A stretch of DNA of 64,000 bases from Azolla caroliniana (Eukaryota; Plantae; Polypodiophyta). Positions 1 to 11,700 of the stretch are shown one piece after another (positions within the stretch are counted from its first letter, which is position 1; every line of letters begins with the position of its first letter). The DNA lies in NCBI GenBank assembly GCA_043228905.1, contig JBHGNT010000028.1, forward strand, positions 310,001-374,000. Direction: 5' to 3'. The notes beneath the pieces were generated by a model. It was not told the DNA's origin and made no database searches. It saw only the letters and a list, made by a program, of their open reading frames with translations. The position numbers were made by a program, and so were the translations under genes.

Positions 1-711
1 CTCACTCCTCAAATTTGGGAATTTCGTCATGTCTCTCGACCTGAGTTTCAAAATCTTGATTTTTTAATTCCATATCATAGCTAGCGTTGTTAGCTTCGAT
101 TCGCATGTTTGAACACAAAAATCCGATATCCCACTCGCCAGATATGAACATTTTAATTTACCTACTAGCTCTTCCCAACTCACTCCTCAAATTTGGGAAT
201 TTCGTCATGTCTCTCGACCTGAGTTTCAAAATCTTGATTTTTTAATTCCATATCATAGCTAACGTTGTTAGCTTCGATTCACATGATTGAACACAAAAAT
301 CCGATATCACACTCGCCAGTTATGAACATTTTAATTTACCTACTAGCTCTTCCCAACTCCCTCCTCATGTTGCTAATTTTGTCATGTCTCTCAACCTGAG
401 TTTCAAAATCTTAATTTTTTAATTCCATATCGTAGCTAGCGTTGTTAGCTTCGATTCACATGTTTGAACACAAAAATCCGATATCACACGAGCCAGGTAT
501 GAACATTTTAATTTACTCAAGGGCTCCTCTCAACTCCCTGCTCATGTTTGCTAATTTCGTCATGTCTCTCGACGTGAGTTTCAAAATCTTGATTTTTTAA
601 TTCCATATCATAGCTAGCGTTATTAGCTTCGATTCGCATGTTTGAACAGAAAAATCCGATATCACACTCGCCAGATATGAACATTTTAATTTACCTAGCA
701 GCTCTTCCCAA

Positions 712-3547
712 CTCACTCCTCAAATTTGCTAATTTCGTCATGTCTCTCGACGTGAGTTTCAAAATCTTGATTTTTTAATTCCATATCATAGCTAGCGTTG
801 TTAGCTTCCATTCGCATGTTTGAACACAAAAATCCGATATCACACTCGCCAGTTATGAACATTTTAATTTACCTAGTAGCTCTTCCCAACTCCCTCCTCA
901 TGTTGCTAATTTCGTCATGTCTCTCGACCTCGGTTTCAAAATCTTGATTTTTTAATTCCATATCATAGCTAGCGTAGCTTCGATTCACATGTTTGAACAC
1001 AAAAATCCGATATCACACTCGCCAGTTATGAACATTTTAATTTACCTACTAGCTCTTCCCAACTCACTCCTCAAATTTGGGAATTTCGTCATGTCTCTCG
1101 ACCTGAGTTTCAAAATCTTGATTTTTTAATTCCATATCGTAGCTAGCGTTGTTAGCTTCGATTCGCATGTTTGAACACAAAAATCCGATATCACACTCGC
1201 CAGTTATGAACATTTTAATTTACCTAGTAGCTCTTCCCAACTCCCTCCTAATGTTGCTAATTTCGTCATGTCTCTCGACCTGAGTTTCAAAATCTTGATT
1301 TTTTAATTGAATGTCATAGCTAGCGTTGTTAGCTTCGATTCGCATGTTTGAACACAAAAATCCGATATCACACTCGCCAGATATGAACATTTTAATTTAC
1401 CTACTTGCTCTTCCCAACTCACTCCTCAAATTTGGGAATTTCGTCATGTCTCTCGACCTGAGTTTCAAAATCTTGATTTTTTAATTCGAGATCATAGCTA
1501 GCATTGTTAGCTTCGATTCGCATGTTTGAACACAAAAATCCGATATCACACTCGCCAGATATGAACATTTTAATTTACCTACTAGCTCTTCCCAACTCCC
1601 TCGTCAAGGTTGCTAATTTCGTCATGTCTCTCGACCTGAGTTTCAAAATCTTGATTTTTTAATTCCATATCATAGCTAGCGTTGTTAGCTTCGATTCGCA
1701 TGTTTGAACACAAAAATCCGATATCACACGAGCCAGGTATGAACATTTTAATTTACTCCAGGGTTCCTCTCAACTCCCTCGTCAAGGTTGCTAATTTCGT
1801 CATGTCTCTCGACCTGAGTTTCAAAATCTTGATTTTTTAATTCCATATCATAGCTAGCGTTGTTAGCTTCGATTCGCATGTTTGAACACAAAAATCCGAT
1901 ATCACACTCGCCAGATATGAACATTTTAATTTACCTAGCAGCTCTTCCCAACTCACTCCTCAAATTTGCTAATTTCGTCATGTCTCTCGACCTGAGTTTC
2001 AAAATCTTGATTTTTTAATTCCATATCATAGCTAGCGTTGTTAGCTTCGATTCGCATGTTTGAACACAAAAATCCGATATCACACGAGCTAGGTATGATC
2101 ATTTTAATTTACCTACTAGCTCTTCCCAACTCACTCCTCAAATTTGCTAATTTCGTCATGTCTCTCGACGTGAGTTTCAAAATCTTGATTTTTTAATTCC
2201 ATATCATAGCTAGCGTTGTTAGCTTCCATTCGCATGTTTGAACACAAAAATCCGATATCACACTCGCCAGTTATGAACATTTTAATTTACCTAGTAGCTC
2301 TTCCCAACTCCCTCCTCATGTTGCTAATTTCGTCATGTCTCTCGACCTCGGTTTCAAAATCTTGATTTTTTAATTCCATATCATAGCTAGCGTAGCTTCA
2401 ATTCACATGTTTGAACACAAAAATCCGATATCACACTCGCCAGTTATGAACATTTTAATTTACCTACTAGCTCTTCCCAACTCACTCCTCAAATTTGGGA
2501 ATTTCGTCATGTCTCTCGACCTGAGTTTCAAAATCTTGATTTTTTAATTCCATATCGTAGCTAGCGTTGTTAGCTTCGATTCGCATGTTTGAACACAAAA
2601 ATCCGATATCACACTCGCCAGTTATGAACATTTTAATTTACCTAGTAGCTCTTCCCAACTCCCTCCTAATGTTGCTAATTTCGTCATGTCTCTCGACCTG
2701 AGTTTCAAAATCTTGATTTTTTAATTGCATATCATAGCTAGCGTTGTTAGCTTCGATTCGCATGTTTGAACACAAAAATCCGATATCACACTCGCCAGAT
2801 ATGAACATTTTAATTTACCTACTTGCTCTTCCCAACTCACTCCTCAAATTTGGGAATTTCGTCATGTCTCTCGACCTGAGTTTCAAAATCTTGATTTTTT
2901 AATTCGAGATCATAGCTAGCATTGTTAGCTTCGATTCGCATGTTTGAACACAAAAATCCGATATCACACTCGCCAGATATGAACATTTTAATTTACCTAC
3001 TAGCTCTTCCCAACTCCCTCGTCAAGGTTGCTAATTTCGTCATGTCTCTCGACCTGAGTTTCAAAATCTTGATTTTTTAATTCCATATCATAGCTAGCGT
3101 TGTTAGCTTCGATTCGCATGTTTGAACACAAAAATCCGATATCACACGAGCCAGGTATGAACATTTTAATTTACTCCAGGGTTCCTCTCAACTCCCTCGT
3201 CAAGGTTGCTAATTTCGTCATGTCTCTCGACCTGAGTTTCAAAATCTTGATTTTTTAATTCCATATCATAGCTAGCGTTGTTAGCTTCGATTCGCATGTT
3301 TGAACACAAAAATCCGATATCACACTCGCCAGATATGAACATTTTAATTTACCTAGCAGCTCTTCCCAACTCACTCCTCAAATTTGCTAATTTCGTCATG
3401 TCTCTCGACCTGAGTTTCAAAATCTTGATTTTTTAATTCCATATCATAGCTAGCGTTGTTAGCTTCGATTCGCATGTTTGAACACAAAAATCCGATATCA
3501 CACGAGCTAGGTATGATCATTTTAATTTACCTACTAGCTCTTCCCAA
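712..3547. repeat. 8-monomer higher-order repeat, 1418 bp x2
   Basis: Rare markers recur at +1418: CGGTTTC at 931 and 2349, and GGGTTCCTCT at 1761 and 3179. The monomer lengths 178+173+178+177+178+178+178+178 sum to 1418. Confidence 0.93.
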
Positions 3548-5729
3548 CTCACTCCTCAAATTTGCTAATTTCGTCATGTCTCTCGACGTGAGTTTCAAAA
3601 TCTTGATTTTTTAATTCCATATCATAGCTAGCGTTGTTAGCTTCGATTCGCATGTTTGAACACAAAAGTCCGATATCACACTCGCCAGTTATGAACATTT
3701 TAATTTACCTAGTAGCTCTTCCCAACTCCCTCCTAATGTTGCTAATTTCGTCATGTCTCTCGACCTGAGTTTCAAAATCTTGATTTTTTAATTCGAGATC
3801 ATAGCTAGCGTTGTTAGCTTCGATTCGCATGTTTGAACACAAAAATCCGATATCCCACTCGCCAGATATGAACATTTTAATTTACCTACTAGCTCTTCCC
3901 AACTCACTCCTCAAATTTGGGAATTTCGTCATGTCTCTCGACCTGAGTTTCAAAATCTTGATTTTTTAATTCCATATCATAGCTAGCGTTGTTAGCTTCG
4001 ATTCGCATGTTTGAACACAAAAATCCGATATCACACGAGCCAGGTATGATCATTTTAATTTACCTACTAGCTCTTCCCAACTCACTCCTCAAATTTGCTA
4101 ATTTCGTCATGTCTCTCGACGTGAGTTTCAAAATCTTGATTTTTTAATTCCATATCATAGCTAGCGTTGTTAGCTTCGATTCGCATGTTTGAACACAAAA
4201 GTCCGATATCACACTCGCCAGTTATGAACATTTTAATTTACCTACTAGCTCTTCCCAACTCCCTCCTAATGTTGCTAATTTCGTCATGTCTCTCGACCTG
4301 AGTTTCAAAATCTTGATTTTTTAATTCGAGATCATAGGTAGCGTTGTTAGCTTCGATTCGCATGTTTGAACACAAAAATCCGATATCACACTCGCCAGTT
4401 ATGAACATTTTAATTTACCTACTAGCTCTTCCCAACTCCCTCCTCATGTTGCTAATTTCGTCATGTCTCTCGACCTGAGTTTCAAAATCTTGATTTTTTA
4501 ATTCCATATCGTAGCTAGCTTTGTTAGCTTCGATTCACATGTTTGAACACAAAAATCCGATATCACACGAGCCAGGTATGAACATTTTAATTTACTCCAG
4601 GGTTCCTCTCAACTCCCTCGTCAAGGTTGCTAATTTCGTCATGTCTCTCGACCTGAGTTTCAAAATCTTGATTTTTTAATTCCATATCATAGCTAGCGTT
4701 GTTAGCTTCGATTCGCATGTTTGAACACAAAAATCCGATATCACACGAGCCAGGTATGAACATTTTAATTTACTCCAGGGTTCCTCTCAACTCCCTCGTC
4801 AAGGTTGCTAATTTCGTCATGTCTCTCGACCTGAGTTTCAAAATCTTGATTTTTTAATTCCATATCATAGCTAGCGTTGTTAGCTTCGATTCGCATGTTT
4901 GAACACAAAAATCCGATATCACACTCGCCAGATATGAACATTTTAATTTACCTAGCAGCTCTTCCCAACTCACTCCTCAAATTTGCTAATTTCGTCATGT
5001 CTCTCGACCTGAGTTTCAAAATCTTGATTTTTTAATTCCATATCATAGCTAGCGTTGTTAGCTTCGATTCGCATGTTTGAACACAAAAATCCGATATCAC
5101 ACGAGCTAGGTATGATCATTTTAATTTACCTACTAGCTCTTCCCAACTCACTCCTCAAATTTGCTAATTTCGTCATGTCTCTCGACGTGAGTTTCAAAAT
5201 CTTGATTTTTTAATTCCATATCATAGCTAGCGTTGTTAGCTTCGATTCGCATGTTTGAACACAAAAGTCCGATATCACACTCGCCAGTTATGAACATTTT
5301 AATTTACCTAGTAGCTCTTCCCAACTCCCTCCTAATGTTGCTAATTTCGTCATGTCTCTCGACCTGAGTTTCAAAATCTTGATTTTTTAATTCGAGATCA
5401 TAGCTAGCGTTGTTAGCTTCGATTCGCATGTTTGAACACAAAAATCCGATATCCCACTCGCCAGATATGAACATTTTAATTTACCTACTAGCTCTTCCCA
5501 ACTCACTCCTCAAATTTGGGAATTTCGTCATGTCTCTCGACCTGAGTTTCAAAATCTTGATTTTTTAATTCCATATCATAGCTAGCGTTGTTAGCTTCGA
5601 TTCGCATGTTTGAACACAAAAATCCGATATCACACTCGCCAGATATGAACATTTTAATTTACCTACTAGCTCTTCCCAACTCACTCCTCAAATTTGCTAA
5701 TTTCGTCATGTCTCTCGACCTGAGTTTCA

Positions 5730-8700
5730 AAATCTTGATTTTTTAATTCCATATCATAGCTAGCGTTGTTAGCTTCGATTCGCATGTTTGAACACAAAAT
5801 TCCGATATCACACGAGCCAGGTATGATCATTTTAATTTACCTACTAGCTCTTCCCAACTCACTCCTCAAATTTGCTAATTTCGTCATGTCTCTCGACGTG
5901 AGTTTCAAAATCTTGATTTTTTAATTCCATATCATAGCTAGCGTTGTTAGCTTCGATTCGCATGTTTGAACACAAAAGTCCGATATCACACTCGCCAGTT
6001 ATGAACATTTTAATTTACCTAGTAGCTCTTCCCAACTCCCTCCTAATGTTGCTAATTTCGTCATGTCTCTCGACCTGAGTTTCAAAATCTTGATTTTTTA
6101 ATTCGAGATCATAGCTAGCGATGTTAGCTTCGATTCGCATGTTTGAACACAAAAATCCGATATCCCACTCGCCAGATATGAACATTTTAATTTACCTACT
6201 AGCTCTTCCCAACTCACTCCTCAAATTTGGGAATTTCGTCATGTCTCTCGACCTGAGTTTCAAAATCTTGATTTTTTAATTCCATATCATAGCTAGCGTT
6301 GTTAGCTTCGATTCGCATGTTTGAACACAAAAATCCGATATCCCACTCGCCAGGTATGATCATTTTAATTTACCTACTAGCTCTTCCCAACTCACTCCTC
6401 AAATTTGGGAATTTCGTCATGTCTCTCGACCTGAGTTTCAAAATCTTGATTTTTTAATTCCATATCATAGCTAACGTTGTTAGCTTCGATTCACATGATT
6501 GAACACAAAAATCCGATATCACACTCGCCAGTTATGAACATTTTAATTTACCTACTAGCTCTTCCCAACTCCCTCCTCATGTTGCTAATTTTGTCATGTC
6601 TCTCGACCTGAGTTTAAAAATCTTGATTTTTTAATTCCATATCGTAGCTAGCGTTGTTAGCTTCGATTCGCATGTTTGAACACAAAAATCCGAAATCCCA
6701 CTCGCCAGATATGAACATTTTAATTTACCTACTAGCTCTTCCCAACTCACTCCTCAAATTGGCTAATTTCCTCATGTCTCTCGACCTGAGTTTCAAAATC
6801 TTGATTTTTTAATTCCATATCATAGCTAGCGTTGTTAGCTTCGATTCGCATGTTTGAACACAAAAGTCCGATATCACACTCGCCAGTTATGAACATTTTA
6901 ATTTACCTAGTAGCTCTTCCCAACTCCCTCCTCATGTTGCTAATTTCGTGATGTCTCTCGACCTGAGTTTCAAAATCTTGATTTTGTTAATTCCATATCA
7001 TAGCTAGCGTTGTTAGCTTCGATTCACATGTTTGAACACAAAAATCCGATATCACACTCGCCAGATATGAACATTTTAATTTACCTACTAGCTCTTCCCA
7101 ACTACCTGCTCATGTTGCTAATTTCGTCATGTCTCTCGACCTGAGTTTCAAAATCTTGATTTTTTAATTCCATATCATAGCTAGCGTTGTTAGCTTCGAT
7201 TCGCATGTTTGAACACAAAAATCCGATATCACACTCGCCAGATATGAACATTTTAATTTACCTACTAGCTCTTCCCAACTCACTCCTCATGTTGCTAATT
7301 TCGTCATGTCTCTGGACCTGAGTTTCAAAATCTTGATTTTTTAATTCCATATCATAGCTAGCGTTGTAAGCTTCGATTCACATGTTTGAACACAAAAATC
7401 CGATATGACACTCGCCAGTTATGAACATTTTAATTTACCTAGTAGCTCTTCCCAACTCCCTCCTCATGTTGCTAATTTCGTCATGTCTCTCGACCTGAGT
7501 TTCAAAATCTTGATTTTTTAATTCCATATCATAGCTAGCGTTGTTAGCTTCGATTCGCATGTTTGAACACAAAAATCCGATATCCCACTCGCCAGATATG
7601 AACATTTTAATTTACCTACTAGCTCTTCCCAACTCACTCCTCAAATTTGGGAATTTCGTCATGTCTCTCGACCTGAGTTTCAAAATCTTGATTTTTTAAT
7701 TCCATATCATAGCTAGCGTTGTTAGCTTCGATTCGCACGTTTGAACAGAAAAATCCGATATCACACGAGCCAGGTATGAACATTTTAATTTACCTACTAG
7801 CTCTTCCCAACTCACTCCTCAAATTTGCTAATTTTGTCATGTCTCTCGACCTGAGTTTCAAAATCTTGATTTTTTAATTCCATATCATAGCTAGCGTTGT
7901 TAGCTTCGATTCGCATGTTTGAACACAAAAATCCTATATCACACGAGCCAGGTATGAACATTTTAATTTACTCCAGGGTTCCTCTCAACTCCCTCGTCAA
8001 GGTTGCTAATTTCGTCATGTCTCTCGACCTGAGTTTCAAAATCTTGATTTTTTAATTCCATATCATAGATAATGTTGTTAGCTTCGATTCGCATGTTTGA
8101 ACACAAAAATCCGAATATCCCACTCGCCAGATATGAACATTTTAATTTACCTACTAGCTCTTCCCAACTCACTCCTCAAATTTGGGAATTTCGTCATGTC
8201 TCTCGACCTGAGTTTCAAAATCTTGATTTTTTAATTCCATATCATAGCTAGCGTTGTTAGCTTCGATTCACATGATTGAACACAAAAATCCGATATCACA
8301 CTCGCCAGTTATGAACATTTTAATTTACCTACTAGCTCTTCCCAACTCCCTCCTCATGTTGCTAATTTTGTCATGTCTCTCAACCTGAGTTTCAAAATCT
8401 TAATTTTTTAATTCCATATCGTAGCTAGCGTTGTTAGCTTCGATTCACATGTTTGAACACAAAAATCCGATATCACACGAGCCAGGTATGAACATTTTAA
8501 TTTACTCAAGGGCTCCTCTCAACTCCCTGCTCCTGTTTGCTAATTTCGTCATGTCTCTCGACGTGAGTTTCAAAATCTTGATTTTTTAATTCCATATCAT
8601 AGCTAGCGTTATTAGCTTCGATTCGCATGTTTGAACACAAAAATCCGATATCACACTCGCCAGATATGAACATTTTAATTTACCTAGCAGCTCTTCCCAA

Positions 8701-11700
8701 CTCACTCCTCAAATTTGCTAATTTCGTCATGTCTCTCGACGTGAGTTTCAAAATCTTGATTTTTTAATTCCATATCATAGCTAGCGTTGTTAGCTTCCAT
8801 TCGCATGTTTGAACACAAAAATCCGATATCACACTCGCCAGTTATGAACATTTTAATTTACCTAGTAGCTCTTCCCAACTCCCTCCTCATGTTGCTAATT
8901 TCGTCATGTCTCTCGACCTCGGTTTCAAAATCTTGATTTTTTAATTCCATATCATAGCTAGCGTAGCTTCGATTCACATGTTTGAACACAAAAATCCGAT
9001 ATCACACTCGCCAGTTATGAACATTTTAATTTACCTACTAGCTCTTCCCAACTCCCTCCTCATGTTGCTAATTTCGTCATGTCTCTCGACCTGAGTTTCA
9101 AAATCTTGATTTTTTAATTCCATATCATAGCTCGCGTTGTTAGCTTCGATTCGCATGTTTGAACACAAAAATCCGATATCACACTCGCTAGTTATGAACA
9201 TTTTAATTTACCTAGCAGCTCTTCCCAACTCACTCCTCAAATTTGCTAATTTCGTCATGTCTCTCGACCTGAGTTTCAAAATCTTGATTTTTTAATTCGA
9301 GATCATAGCTAGCGTTGTTAGCTTCGATTCGCATGTTTGAACACAAAAATCCGATATCCCACTCGCCAGATATGAACATTTTAATTTACCTACTAGCTCT
9401 TCCCAACTCACTCCTCAAATTTGGGAATTTCGTCATGTCTCTCGACCTGAGTTTCAAAATCTTGATTTTTTAATTCCATATCATAGCTAGCGTTGTTAGC
9501 TTCGATTCGCATGTTTGAACACAAAAATCCGATATCACACTCGCCAGATATGAACATTTTAATTTACCTACTAGCTCTTCCCAACTCACTCCTCAAATTT
9601 GCTAATTTCGTCATGTCTCTCGACCTGAGTTTCAAAATCTTGATTTTTTAATTCCATATCATAGCTAGCGTTGTTAGCTTCGATTCGCATGTTTGAACAC
9701 AAAATTCCGATATCACACGAGCCAGGTATGATCATTTTAATTTACCTACTAGCTCTTCCCAACTCACTCCTCAAATTTGCTAATTTCGTCATGTCTCTCG
9801 ACGTGAGTTTCAAAATCTTGATTTTTTAATTCCATATCATAGCTAGCGTTGTTAGCTTCGATTCGCATGTTTGAACACAAAAGTCCGATATCACACTCGC
9901 CAGTTATGAACATTTTAATTTACCTAGTAGCTCTTCCCAACTCACTCCTCATGTTGCTAATTTCGTCATGTCTCTGGACCTGAGTTTCAAAATCTTGATT
10001 TTTTAATTCCATATCATAGCTAGCGTTGTAAGCTTCGATTCACATGTTTGAACACAAAAATCCGATATGACACTCGCCAGTTATGAACATTTTAATTTAC
10101 CTAGTAGCTCTTCCCAACTCCCTCCTCATGTTGCTAATTTCGTCATGTCTCTCGACCTGAGTTTCAAAATCTTGATTTTTTAATTCCATATCATAGCTAG
10201 CGTTGTTAGCTTCGATTCGCATGTTTGAACACAAAAATCCGATATCCCACTCGCCAGATATGAACATTTTAATTTACCTACTAGCTCTTCCCAACTCACT
10301 CCTCAAATTTGGGAATTTCGTCATGTCTCTCGACCTGAGTTTCAAAATCTTGATTTTTTAATTCCATATCATAGCTAGCGTTGTTAGCTTCGATTCGCAC
10401 GTTTGAACAGAAAAATCCGATATCACACGAGCCAGGTATGAACATTTTAATTTACCTACTAGCTCTTCCCAACTCACTCCTCAAATTTGCTAATTTTGTC
10501 ATGTCTCTCGACCTGAGTTTCAAAATCTTGATTTTTTAATTCCATATCATAGCTAGCGTTGTTAGCTTCGATTCGCATGTTTGAACACAAAAATCCGATA
10601 TCACACTCGCCAGATATGAACATTTTAATTTACCTACTAGCTCTTCCCAACTCACTCCTCAAATTTGCTAATTTCGTCATGTCTCTCGACCTGAGTTTCA
10701 AAATCTTGATTTTTTAATTCCATATCATAGCTAGCGTTGTTAGCTTCGATTCGCATGTTTGAACACAAAATTCCGATATCACACGAGCCAGGTATGATCA
10801 TTTTAATTTACCTACTAGCTCTTCCCAACTCACTCCTCAAATTTGCTAATTTCGTCATGTCTCTCGACGTGAGTTTCAAAATCTTGATTTTTTAATTCCA
10901 TATCATAGCTAGCGTTGTTAGCTTCGATTCGCATGTTTGAACACAAAATTCCGATATCACACGAGCCAGGTATGATCATTTTAATTTACCTACTAGCTCT
11001 TCCCAACTCACTCCTCAAATTTGCTAATTTCGTCATGTCTCTCGACGTGAGTTTCAAAATCTTGATTTTTTAATTCCATATCATAGCTAGCGTTGTTAGC
11101 TTCGATTCGCATGTTTGAACACAAAAGTCCGATATCACACTCGCCAGTTATGAACATTTTAATTTACCTAGTAGCTCTTCCCAACTCCCTCCTAATGTTG
11201 CTAATTTCGTCATGTCTCTCGACGTGAGTTTCAAAATCTTGATTTTTTAATTCGAGATCATAGCTAGCGATGTTAGCTTCGATTCGCATGTTTGAACACA
11301 AAAATCCGATATCCCACTCGCCAGATATGAACATTTTAATTTACCTACTAGCTCTTCCCAACTCACTCCTCAAATTTGGGAATTTCGTCATGTCTCTCGA
11401 CCTGAGTTTCAAAATCTTGATTTTTTAATTCCATATCATAGCTAGCGTTGTTAGCTTCGATTCGCATGTTTGAACACAAAAATCCGATATCCCACTCGCC
11501 AGGTATGATCATTTTAATTTACCTACTAGCTCTTCCCAACTCACTCCTCAAATTTGGGAATTTCGTCATGTCTCTCGACCTGAGTTTCAAAATCTTGATT
11601 TTTTAATTCCATATCATAGCTAACGTTGTTAGCTTCGATTCACATGATTGAACACAAAAATCCGATATCACACTCGCCAGTTATGAACATTTTAATTTAC

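Noticed and set aside
22-112. CENP-B box-like motifs starting TTCG (TTTCGTCATGTCTCTCG, CTTCGATTCGCATGTTT)
   Set aside because: They lack the A and CGGG positions of the canonical NTTCGNNNNANNCGGGN box.
1-178. Assignment to Arabidopsis CEN178, Brassica CentBr or primate alpha satellite
   Set aside because: The length is similar, but I see no sequence similarity to those consensus sequences as I recall them. A database search is needed.
1-178. Tandem 5S rRNA, tRNA or snRNA gene array
   Set aside because: I found no recognisable 5S, tRNA cloverleaf or snRNA sequence, and no convincing Pol III internal promoter boxes.
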